A DNA stretch of 64,000 nucleotides. Source: Tricharina praecox (lineage: Eukaryota). Below the pieces are notes generated by a model. It had not been told where the DNA came from, made no database searches, and saw only the letters and a program-made list of their open reading frames with translations. Every line of letters starts with the position of its first letter. Position 1 is the first letter of the stretch. Made by a program: the position numbers and the translations under genes. Below are positions 39,501 to 51,761 of the stretch, one piece after another. The stretch lies in contig NW_026250426.1 in NCBI RefSeq assembly GCF_024521635.1, positions 310,001-374,000 on the forward strand, in the 5' to 3' direction.

Positions 39501-42500
39501 GATATTACACATGTGCAGCCCATCCGGGTTCGATAAACATCCCGCTCCAGTGGACCAGTGGTCCCTGCAGCAAATGGAAGCCAGCCCCTCCCTTCCCTTC
39601 CCTTCCCTTCCCTTCCCGTATTCACTATAGGTACTTACTCTACATACTCGCGGTGGTGGTGCTGGTGATGCGGGCTTGAAATGGCCGGTGTGTGTGTAAA
39701 CTGACGAACATCGTTCTTCCCGGCAAACACGTACGGTAGGTACTATATGCTACCCAGCTACATACATGTCTCGAATCGAATCGAGTATATATACCTAGAG
39801 GCTAGCTCCTGGTCGGAGATCAACCGCTGCAGTGATGTGGGCAGCGGTATGTAATGTATGTATGTAGGTATGTGGGTCAGTATGTGTGTATGGATGTGTG
39901 GAGATGTATGGATGTATGGATGTACCTCGTCGTCACGGCGGAAGTACATTGGGTAGTACGTACGTACGTACCTGTGTACGCCTTGTATACTATCTATGTG
40001 CCGACCACAACGATTCATTCATTAATCCTCCCACCCTACCCATCCTGGCAGAAAGAACTTAGAAGGAGATTGACGAAATCGGGAACGGGCATCGTGGTGA
40101 TAATTCGTAGTATGTAGTTTCTTGCTCGGTGCGTAGGTATGATACGTCCTTCTTCCGGCTTTCAGCTTCCCTCGAACGTCGTTACGAGATGACGCGGCGG
40201 CAGCGGCAGCGGCAGTGCGAGCTGCGTTAATGGGTCGGCAAGTCGGTATCGTAGTCGGTACCTGGTATGTACATACCTGCTGTATCCCGCAGCATCGGAC
40301 CGGCTTCCAGTCCGACGGGACTGACCTGTTGCATGATCCGGATACGTAGTAGGTATGGTACCCAACGTACCTAACGTACGCGGGCCCCTCGGGAGAATTT
40401 GAGAAGGCGCGAGGCGCCGACACATGTGCAACTATAATAGCGTGCGCCTGTCCCGTCACTCGGCTGATCGTCGCATCACATGCGCCGGCCAACTCTGGGA
40501 AACGTATGTAACAATATAGCTGCGTTGTCGGTTGTGAGCATTTTTTTTATTTTCAATTCGGAAAAACCGGTGGCCTGTCCGCCCATGACAAGTACCGGAT
40601 GTACTCTACCAATTATCCCCCTAGTCGGGAACTTGGAAGCAGCTTTCCACGCTTCCATAGTGGTCACGGCGTGGGGTCGGCGGCGTGGGGGCTCTCGCAG
40701 AATTATCCCGCCCTCTCAGTTCTCTGGAGAAGCCTTCCTCTCTTTCTCTCTCCCTCCCTCTCTTCGGCGGTTACAGGCTTGAACTCTCCGTGGTCGTGAC
40801 GCAGCTCGGGTTTCATACCGAAGGGGAGGGAGGGGGGAGGGTATACGTCTCGTCCGCTATGGCTCCCCTCTCTTCTCGGTGTAATACGCCCCTCGAAACT
40901 GATCCTGCCGGCCGCGCCTGCGGATCATCCAGGGTTTTTTTCCGGTCCGCTGCTCAGTGCTCATCCTCGCCCTCCCACCCCACCTCGGTGATGACACCCC
41001 GCACTTGCTTTTATACGGTACCGTATGCGGCCACCGTAATCTACCGGTACTATAACGTCTTCAGATCCGTCATTTATCTTCACAGCCGACAGCGACTGGT
41101 TGTGTACTGCTGATGGTCGCTGGGGAGGGGATCGCCAGTAGGTAGATTGGAATACATAGTAGAGCGGAGGGGGTGGTGATGAGTATGGAGTATGTAGTAG
41201 GTGTGTGTGTGGGAGTTTAAGAGGATATTTCCATCCTCCCCTGCTGCTGCTGCCTCGCAGAGGTGATCATATCACTCATATTACATCTAAGTACATACCT
41301 ACTTCATACACACCAGCCCACAGCCTGGCTGCTGATCCGCGGGAATAGATTTTCCTTTATCCAAAGGTGTGTGCAACGAACGAATGAGCGAACGAGGGAG
41401 GCGAACGAACGAACGACAAACCAACCCACCACCACACCACCACCTCCATCATCATCATCATGCAAAAGCAGGGAGCGCGGCACATCACCCCAGATTGACG
41501 ATGCGGTGCGGTGCGGAAGATCATTCGGTCTGCACTGCACTGCACACTTGTCTGTCCGTCCATCAGTCAGTCAGTCAGTCAGTTAGCAACACGTAACCAC
41601 GTAACCCGAGCGCATGCGCTTCCTAGTTCCCGCAAGGAGGAAAGCAAGAAGGGGAAAAAGAAATACCACCTACTATGTACACTCGGGATTGCGTGAAGAG
41701 ATCCGGAGACGTCCAACGACCAGCGCTCACTGGTCCGCCGCCGCCGGCACTGTCGGGTATGACTGCAGCGGAGGTGGAAGTGGAAGTGGAGGTGGAGGTG
41801 GAGGTGGAGGTGGAGGCGGAGGCGGAGGCAGAGACGGAGGCAGACGCAGACGCAGACGCAGACTCAGCGTCAGGTCAGGTCAGGTCGTGCGACTCACTCA
41901 TCTATGCGCGACGCAGACCACGCGACTACATACCTACCTGGGTAGAGTGGGTACATGCCGGCTGGGTCCCTCGGCTCTCTCCCTCCCTCCCTCTCTCCCT
42001 CGAAGCTCCCTATTGCATCCCCGCTCCCGGAGGCGGAGGGCTCTGGACGAGACGACGGCTGGTGGTGGACCCTTAAGCGCACATACCGCGCCGCCGCCGC
42101 CTCCCCACCGGTTGGATGCATGTATGCATGCATGGATGGGTGGAAGTTGACTACGCCGCTGGCCGGGAGGCGAGAGGCAAGAGGCGAGATGTCCCGGACG
42201 GCCCGGTGCTGCGTCTTGGCCCGTGACCATCTAAGACTGTGCAGTAGCTGCGGATGCCTGTGTCTGACGGAGAGGCCGGAAGCATGTGGAACTCGCCTCT
42301 CCCCCTGGCTTGCCCGAGACCCGGTCAACTGCTTCGAGGTACATAGGATGGAGAGCGGACCCTCCATCTCCAGCCTCCATCTCCGAGTGACGGAAGATGA
42401 CATGTTCCGGCGAGAATCCGTTGTGCAACAGGATCGACGCGTGTATGATACATACGGTCGGTTGGAATGAAGACGTGCGGTTTCTGCCCCTGTCGATCAC

Positions 42501-45500
42501 ATCGCCCCGTATCTGGGGAGTGTGGTGGGAGAGCGCCGGCTGGGTTGGGTCGGGTTGGCCGTGGTCTGCGGGAAATTTCAAATCGCCACAGCATGGACAG
42601 CGCCCTTTCTTGCTTTTGCTAGAATACCTATCCAAAGGAGAGAACAGCAATATCGATCTTAAACTTTGCCTACAGCATGAAAGTAACGACCATATATGTG
42701 GTGTACATAATTCCTACAACCTCAAGCTTCCGTCCGTCCATCCAAGACAACTGTCACCGTATGCGAGCATCCCGCGCCCGCGCCCGCACCCGCGTGTCTC
42801 ACTCACTAACTACCGTCCAGCCAGTTACATACCATCGACCAATCCGTACGGGTATGGTATGGTGTATGGTGTAACTATGGTGTGGGGAACCCGAAGCAGC
42901 AATGAGCACGTGGGGGGGGAGTTCGGCGTTTGAGTCACTAAGGGTAAGGCTTAGGGGCAGATCATGTCAAAGTTCGTTTGACAGTTCCAGGTTCCCGTCA
43001 AACGAGCGTTTCGAATGATTCACATTACGGGCTGCTGGGCCCAATCCGGTAACATCAGCCCGGCGCGCGCGATGGCTGCGAGTCTGCGACTTCGGGGAGG
43101 TAACGGCTCGGAGGTGGGAGTTTCTGCAGTTCCTAAACGACCTGGTATGTACCTACATAACAGGTACCTCCTATGCAGGTGGGTTGGGCGGCTAGGTAGG
43201 GACCCATAAGTCGCCAAAGGCCACGGCAGCGTCAGGCGGCTTATGTGCAGGCTATCTAATAACTACGGCACTTACTTACCTGGGTACTCTACCTAGGTCT
43301 GCAGTAGTAGCTATGCCTGTCAAAATTTCCCCCTCGCTCGCTTTCGTTCGTTCTCGGAGCTCTCGAGCTCCTTCTCGATACGAACATACGTAATCTTCAA
43401 CACCAACGGCCGCTCTTCCGGAAAAACACGATATACCTGAAACGTCCCGCGAGAGCCAAAAGAAGCTCGACCCGCCGAAGTGCCTGTGCCTGTGTGTGTG
43501 TGGGGGGTGTGGGGTGTGGGTTCCACCGCAACGGTATTCGGCGATCATCATTCTTTTTCTCTTCCTTTCTTTCTTTCTCTCCCTCTTCTCTCCGTCGGAT
43601 CCGGAATGATATGGAGTTTTTTTTTCCGGGTTGCCGAGGAATACCGACGACGACGGACTGGCCCGGGAGGATGGGGCATGGGAAAGTGTCGAGCTCGCCC
43701 TTCGCTGACATATCCAGCATTCCCCATCGCATCCGGCCGCGGCCTGATCTGATGGGCCAGATATTTGCATGGCATGCGATCGGAAGGATGTGCCACTTCT
43801 ACCCGTCTGAATGCTGCTACTAGGAGGATCTGAATGTATAGCCAACCCTTGGTCCTCCTGTCCGGCCGGGTGTGCTTCTAGGGTAGAGTAGAGGATATTT
43901 CCCTTCATCCGTTTTGGGCGCCCATACGCTCCCCTCTCCTTCATCCGTAACTATTCCTCTCTTTCGGGGCCCTTACGCCCCCAACACCTCCCCATGCCTC
44001 CTCCTTCATCCCGTATTCCTCCCCTTTCGTGTTTGCTTTTCCTCGACTCAGCTGATCCATTTACTCACGACTCACAACCGGCTATGATAGGTACCTACAT
44101 ACACACAAGACATACCTGTGCATACATATCATTCATACGAATGTTTACCGAGCAATTCCAACCTATCGGGATGGGATCGAACCAAAACCCCTCCCAGCAT
44201 CCAAGCGACCGACTTTCCGAGTGCGGTGCTATCCTCCGCGTGGGCCGGTTTGGTATAGATTAAACCTCGTAAACTCCCACTCCACCCGAGACCCACTCCC
44301 TGCCCCCCCCCCCCCCCCCCCCCCCACCGCACTAACTCCACCTTCCAGAAGCATCGGCCGCATGGTTATCAGGACGACTAGGTATGTATGTAGACCTACG
44401 TACTTACATAGGTACACACGCTATACATATGAATCGTAGATATCCCGGATCCGGATGCGGAACCATGATGGTGATGAACGTTCATGCTGGCTGGCTGGCA
44501 ACCTTGAAAAATGTCCGTGCGTTGATCGGTATGCTCGCTCACTCGCTGGAGAGAGAGAGAGAGAGGGGGGAAGAGGGTACAACCGTACATGGAGTTCATG
44601 CAGTATGTAGGTACATACATAGCTCGCCGGATTCTTCGTAGCATTCCTCAGGCTCCCGGGATTTCGACTGCGCTTATGTATGGCACATACATAACTGCGC
44701 CGCAGGCAACTCTTCTTAACCCGGGGAGCGAACAAGAAGAAAAGAAACACACATACATACACATACATACACACACATCCGGCGTCGGTCAGTAAGTAAC
44801 CAACATCCGTCGACCCAACCCACCGTGGGAAAAGGAGCACGGGGATGGGGATGGGAGAGGGTAAATGCAATCCCACACGCACACACAACACACAGCAAGG
44901 AACAACAAGGAGCATCCATGCTCCATCGAACCATACCCGTTGGTTGACGTTGACCAGGCTGTGTTTTGTTTGGAGCCCTCCCCCTTCCCTTCCCTTCCCT
45001 TCCCTTCCCTTCCCTTCCCTTCCCTTCCCTTCCCTTCCCCCCTCCCCGCATGGATATGGATGGATGGATAGATCATGGTTGCGTGGCAAACAATCCCCGA
45101 AATTCACTGTCATGCACTGCAGTGCAGTGCGGTGCGAGCTGGGTTGGGTTGGGTTCGGACACGTGAATGCCGTGTGGCTAGTAATTTCTGGAGATATACT
45201 ATTATCTAGAATACTATATATGCAAGTATCGCTGTGGGGTTGCATATATGTAGAAGATATATATCGATAGTTATCCGTGGAGTTGTATTCGAGTTGTATT
45301 CGTACGTACAAACATACAACCGGAAGGATATGAGTTCCGGATTCTTATGCTAGATACCTAGCTGGCGGTGGAGCTCTGTCCTTTCCCGCCCGCACGCATG
45401 CGGAGTGGCACTGCTGGAAGCTAGAATCAACGCGCTCTCTGCTCCCGATCCACCCAGTGTCCGGCGAGCTTTCAGCATATGTTTTCCACGTGGGCTGGAC

Positions 45501-48500
45501 TGGACGATGATCCTCCTGATGCGTGCTACCTACCTACCTAATGTATGTACTATCTACGGTTGGGAGGAGCGGAGGATTTTTCCGCGTCATTGGTACATAC
45601 TCGCACTCGCACATGGGCCGAAAGTGATCTGATGTGATGTGAGGTGATGTGCGAGTATGATCTGATGCATTGCATGCACTGATGCACTGATGTGCAGCGT
45701 AAGTACTTACCTGGTATCTCATGGCGCATGGCGTGTCGCTTCCATGTGAGCTCACTCTCCCTCCCTAATCCGGCCGCTTGGTCTGGATTCTGGAAGAAAC
45801 CATGGACATGTCTCTCTCTAGATGACGAGTTTCTCTTCCCTTCACTAGCAGGACTAGGCCGGGCTAAGGCTATTCGCTTGCTTGCTTGCTCGAGAGTCGA
45901 AATGATACCGGCCGATCCAAAAAGCTCGAAACTTGAAACTTGAAAACGTTGTCAACCGTGCTATGCGCTGCGATGCGCTGGGGGTTTCTACATAAGCATC
46001 ACGGCCGATCCGACGATGTCCGGACTCCGGAGATGAATGAACGGTCTGTTCGAGATTGTAACTGCCTATCTATACTTGGTACATGTGCCGACTAGTCACT
46101 GGACGTGCGGTACATATTCAGCCCGACCGTAGGTATGTAGGTACACACCAGGTATCACAGCAGCAGCAGCAGGGCTTCGCTTCAGTCCACTGTCCCCACA
46201 TACAACCCGCTGTCTGTTCCTTCCCGAACATCCCAACAGGTGTACGTAGTGACTGCTCATACGTACAACCTTCTAGTGCCGGACGGATTGGAGATTGGTG
46301 GCACCGTAACGACTCTAACGAGCGAGGGCTGTGGTTATCCACGAACCGTCACTCGATACATCTACCAGTTGCTGCTCTTTCCTCGTGTCTAAATTACTAT
46401 CACCGAGAGTACCACGGTCATATTGCAATGCAATGTATTGCTGTTCTCGAAGCGTGAATCTTGTTTCGAAGCTGCGGTAATCTCGCCCGGCAGACTGGTG
46501 GCGACATAGGTAGGTAGCCCACGCAGTTGGTACGAGTCACTCGCCGCACTTCAAACTTGCGGTTGAGCATCTGGAGGTTTGAGCGTCTGTGGGTTGATCG
46601 TCCGAGAGTTGAGTACCTACATACATGGAACTGGGAAAAGCTACTATTGCGTTGCCGAAAACGTCCCGACACCACACACCCAGGCCCGAGTGTCGACGCG
46701 AAATTTGAAGCCGGACCGATCGGGATGTGCACAAGGGGGGATGTGCACGAGGGAGGAGGGAGTTCGTGCTTGCCTTCTTTTCTCGTCGGGTCTGCGGTCT
46801 GCGGATTCGGACTCGCCGCCTGGTCGTAACTACTATACACGTTCGTGGAGTGCTGGATAGATATTAGAGGATCGTGGGTTCTGGAAAAACTGTGGAACAT
46901 AATTACTCGTAACTATTCGACGTCCCCCGCAGACGATCATTGGCCCGCATGCTGATACATACTCTACTAGTAGTTACTGGTCCGACCGTGCATCGCATGG
47001 TAAGAGACTCCAGTGGATGATCCGGATTGGGCTGTGGTGATGTTAGTTACCACAAGGTATCACTCGCTCGCTCGTCTCGTGCAGCGTGAGTTTACTATGT
47101 AGTAGAGTGTGGACACCGCACTGAACGATCCGGGCGGCGGTATGGACAGTGGAATGGAGATGTATACCCACCGCCCTACCAAGCCCGGACGGCGGGGCAT
47201 GGCGGCGGGGCATGGCGTAGCATTGCTATCGAGAAATATCACTCGGCATCTTCGTATTCCTCTGCACTGGCTCATCTACATACAATTTCCGTCAATGATG
47301 GGAGTAAAGTGAATAGGGTGAGACGGTCTTCGGAGTCGATCATTCTACCAGCTCTTTTCCGGTGTACGCACCGAAATTCTCGATTCTCGACATTCAGTGT
47401 CCGAGTGATCCCCATGAGCGGTCTCATACGGTACTCAACAGTGCGGACTAAGTACTAACTGTTATACCGCAAGGAGATCGTGGACACTACGATGAGCACA
47501 ATGGATGTTGGAAAGAGTAGAGGTATTCACGGAAGCGATGGAGACGGAGAATCATGAATTATGATGCTATGTTCGGGTGAAGAAGCTACAGTTCAAAGCG
47601 TTTCTCCATTTCTTCCTTTCACTGTGCAATAAGTGTAGGTACTAAGTGTTCCTGTGAGCAGGATATCATCGATGTAGATAGATAGATGGGATAACCCGAG
47701 TACGCTGCTCTTCATTGGTGAATCATTATGAAGAATCCGCCGCCGAGCCTGCCAAATTCAAATGCCACTGCAATGACTGTATGTACTGGCAAAGGGTGCA
47801 ATGGATACCACTCATAGAGCGATTATTTGCGCCGTAGAAGGAGAAAAGAAGCTTCCAAACCGGTGTGCTATGTCTCGCCGAGGGTAGTTTCAAAAGCTGC
47901 GTATCTATATCCCGAAGGTGGACGCATGTATGATACATAGATCTGCGCATGCAATAAGCTGCCGAGTGACGCTGTGCAGTGGGCATAGGTATGTACGTCT
48001 ATCTGCTCGATTTCCCAACCCAACCGTGCTTTACGGCCATTGCAAGAGCAAATACATTATACCGGTAAAGTCATACCATTAGTAGTGTCTAGATACCTAG
48101 GTAGTCAATACTCTGCCTCGATCACAGTTGTTGATCGCCAACTCTTCGAGTAGCTTCTGCAATCCGTTTGAAGGCACCGGCTAGACCAAGCACTCTGCCG
48201 GAGCCCACTGAGGCTGAAACTAAGGCCGATGTCTCAGCATACCGGTACCTATATCCACACATCCATCCTACACAGGTACTTCCGGTGTGGCCGGTAACTA
48301 ACCCGGTGGAAAGATTTGTCACGAATAGCACTCGCATACCTAAGTAGGTAGTACATGCCGCAATTTCCCAATAATGGGCGTTGATTCCGACTTGATTTCA
48401 AACGCGTGTTCACTATTCAGCAAGCTGGCAGTGGGGGTATTTCAAGCGATCGCCGCTGTAGAATGGGGTGGCTTTGGAATGCTTCAGAATGCTTAAAATT

Positions 48501-48994
48501 TGGTAGCGGGACGGGTTAAGGATGTCCACAAAATGGAGGACATTCCGGTGGCGCTCCGTGAAGCTGGACTGCTGGACTGCTGGGCTGCACCCGAGCCGTA
48601 AACTCGTTTGAGAGCTCGAGTACTGCTGTAGAGTACTGTGTTTTACCCGTGGCACAATCCGTATCGAATGCGATCCAGTACTACCTACCGCTGAATAAAT
48701 GTACAGTCTATGGCTCACCAGACTTGGCTACTTGCACTGCTTGGTAGAGCTTCTTGTGGTCCGTCTACTAAATGGCTCGCACCAGAGAGCAGACCTCACT
48801 CACTCAGCAAGAGTAGCTGCAACGTCCCATTTACCCACCGCCACACACCCCACGATTTAGTCATGATGGGCGGAACTCTAGCCACAGAACGAAAAGGTAT
48901 TTCCATGAATTTCCGTCTTGGACCAGAGTGTATTAGCCCATGCTAGCTGCTTTCTATACTAATGGCACTAAATATTCTTAGTATAATATACGCA

Positions 48995-49065
48995 GCTTCC
49001 ATGGTCCAACGGTAGGATAATTGCCTTCCAAGCAATTGGCTCGGGTTCGACTCCCGATGGATGCA
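48995..49065 (+). tRNA. tRNA-Gly(TCC), intronless, 71 nt, identical to the copy at 13049-13119
   Basis: GCTTCCATGGTCCAACGGTAGGATAATTGCCTTCCAAGCAATTGGCTCGGGTTCGACTCCCGATGGATGCA; cloverleaf with A/B boxes; TTTTT terminator at ~49082. Confidence 0.93.
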
Positions 49066-49409
49066 CTTATCTTTCAATTTCTTTTTGCTACTTTTTCTAT
49101 TTCACGTTATATACTCCATCTCCATCATCACCACACCGGCCTGGGTGACTTAATTCAAAGGAGAAATGTTATCCATCTCCGACGCAACATCAACCGCCCT
49201 CTACTCTTCCATCCAATTGCCATATTGTATGAATAAACACTTCGGAACGAATGACAACATTCAATTACGCCATTCCCAACCCCCCCCCCCCCCACTCTAT
49301 CAGTTAAACATCCAGTTAAACATCCCCATCACCCAAAATCCACAAACAGGTATCTAAATCACCGCCCATTAAGCCCGCCCTATATATGTATCTATAGTTA
49401 CATCTTTCC

Positions 49410-50757
49410 CTAATCCTTAAACTCATCCAACATGATCCCCTCCTCAGCGACCCTATCCCTATCGAGTATATCCAGCCCCAACCCTCCATAGGGCAGATCC
49501 TTAGCGGCAACAAACTCCTTCTCGACTCTAAAGAACAGCCAGACCCATCTCCGAAAGACCTCGAGGAGCTCGAGCATGAAGATGCCGCCCTCCATTTCGT
49601 TGAGGAAGTCGAGGTGCGGCGAGAGCTTTACGCTCCAGGCGAAGCGCAGCAGGAAGTCGAGGCCGACCGCGACGTAGTAGAACTCGACGGCGACAAAGTG
49701 CCGGTTCTTGCGCAGGCCGAAGGGGTATTCGGCGCTGGAGCGCCGCGAGGTCAGAAGGCTAAGCTCCCAGTCCCGTGTCACGTCCCAGTAGAAGGCGAAG
49801 AGCGTGTTGATTAGCACGGCGGCGTACCAGCCGCGCGTCAGGCCTGCGCGCGAGATCAGCGGCATCTCGGAGTCCGTGGGGTAGTTCCGCTGCAGAGCAC
49901 CCATGATGATCACTGGGAAGGCCGAGGCGTATTTGGCGGCGTTGAAGAGATGCGGGCGCCGCTCGGCTACGGGCAGGCCTTTGTCGGCAGCGCGGAGGTA
50001 CTCCGTTATGCATTGGCGCAGGCGGCAGAGATACGGGATCGCGATCACGCAGGGCACTAGGAAGGCGCCGCCGCAGGACCGGTTCGGGATCGGGTGCGTC
50101 GACGAGTAGCCCGAGATGAACATGCAGCCGACCATCGCGGCGTCGCCGATTACTTTGGCGTAGGAGGTGAGCACATCCGCAAGGAGCACGTCGGCGAAGC
50201 GAAGGTCCGAGTCAATGCCGCCGGTGAGGATGCGGCGGAACGATCTGTTTGGAAATATGAGCACGATTCACGGGCATCGTGGTGGGGGTAGAGAGCTGAA
50301 AGATGTGGAGTGCATACCGAAGGAATCTCCATCGTCCGCGCTTGTGCCAGCTACCCATCGGCCACAGGAACACTCCGAGCATGAGTAGGAACAGCATCAT
50401 TGGTATGATCTCCCATCGTCGTACATCCTCGGGACGCCCGCCCGTCACGGACCAGAAAAAGAAAAGATTCGCGCAGAAGATCCCGCTGAGCACGAGGGCG
50501 ATTTGGTAGACCGAGTGGTGGAGGTATGCCTCGGAGGAGCTACGCGTGTATCGAAGGAAGGGAGAAACATCTATGTTGACGATTTGGAAATAGTGAAGGT
50601 TGAAAGCAAAAAGCCACACTCCTACAAAGGCCGCGTCAGTGTTCTGGGGCTCGAGCAGAGGAAGGGTTTAGTTACCGATCAGAGGGAGGAGAAGGACGCG
50701 GTAAGGAAGTGGAAGCCAGAGACTGATTGTCTCGAAAGGAACATCATCCGCCCCCAT
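49410..50757 (-). CDS. ERD1: EXS-domain protein, ERD1-like (exons 50757-50676, 50621-50318, 50244-49410)
   Basis: RFADVLLADVLTSYAKV, RLRQCITEY, HLFNAAKYASAFP, FYWDVTRDWEL and LEVFRRWVWLFFRVE motifs of the EXS family, with no SPX domain; two canonical introns. Confidence 0.9.
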
Positions 50758-51761
50758 GGCGACGCATTGGGTATGGGTACGGAAGCTCGCTGAAGAATGA
50801 GTGACGATAGTTTGGAAAGCGTTGAAAACGCGGAAAAAGCTCAGGAGTTGCAAGAAGGGTAGGTCGCACACACGGCCGTTGGTCAACTCGGAAAGGAGAG
50901 GCGGTTGTGTAACGGACGATTATGCTGCGCCTTGGCGCAGCAGATCTCACCGCGTCGTCACCGCGCGGGACTAACTAAAATTAGAGCGGAAGCCAAGTCT
51001 TAGAGTAGTATATAGAGTTATCTGCTTGGTTTCAGCGATGCTTGTTTGATATCCGAATGGCGGAGATCTGTCTCAGGCATTGCGTGCCGTGGAACCACCA
51101 GTACCTGCGTGGCGAGTGCCGTCACTCCACTTCTCGGCTTATGTCAAGACAGTGGTCGGTTCTCGAAGGGCTCGAGTGCGGACTTTTGGCGTTGGCGATC
51201 CGGGGAGCGAGTCTGGAATGCTCATTGCTGTGGGGGGTCGCTATCGGTATGTGGGATTCTACAGCGGATCGCTTCGGACCAGCAACTGATTCGCGTTTGC
51301 TCTTCTGCTTTCCAGGCCCAACACGCCTTAGAAGCCTCGCCGAAGGTGCGGTTTACTCTGCGTGGCCCCAGAGTGCTTTACGCGCCCTGCGGACCCGGTG
51401 ATTCGTCCCATAAACTGGATAAAGTACTGGCGCTCGGCATGCTCGATTCCATCCAACTAGCTTCCATGCTTCCCGCTCCTGGGCCTGGAGACACTCGGTG
51501 CAAATGCACGCAGCCAAGCAGCCACGCTGTACGGCGAGTCGGCCCCTGCTCAAGGCGGTGCTGTAGCTAATATATTGCACAGACATCCAACGGACACATG
51601 CTAAGTTACATGCTACATACATGGACACGATGTTACACCTGCCCAACGAAGAAGGCCCTTCCCAGTGCTCCTCCACCTCTGTTTTGTACATAAGACGCCG
51701 CTTGTTCCCGTCCACGTTGTTTTCTTAGTAAGGAAAAAATACTCGGATTCGATTCTGACAG

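Noticed and set aside
14200..48950. Numerous 60-330 aa ORFs in the desert (e.g. 17855-18574, 26285-27271, 33289-33802, 44421-45311)
   Set aside because: Low-complexity translations of microsatellites, overlapping on both strands, often with non-ATG starts, and with no domains or coherent splice structure.
13049..49065. Starship or other integrative element inserted at a tRNA
   Set aside because: The tDNA copies are inverted and both complete rather than direct target repeats. No tyrosine recombinase/captain or cargo genes are visible, and mtfA is a conserved chromosomal gene.
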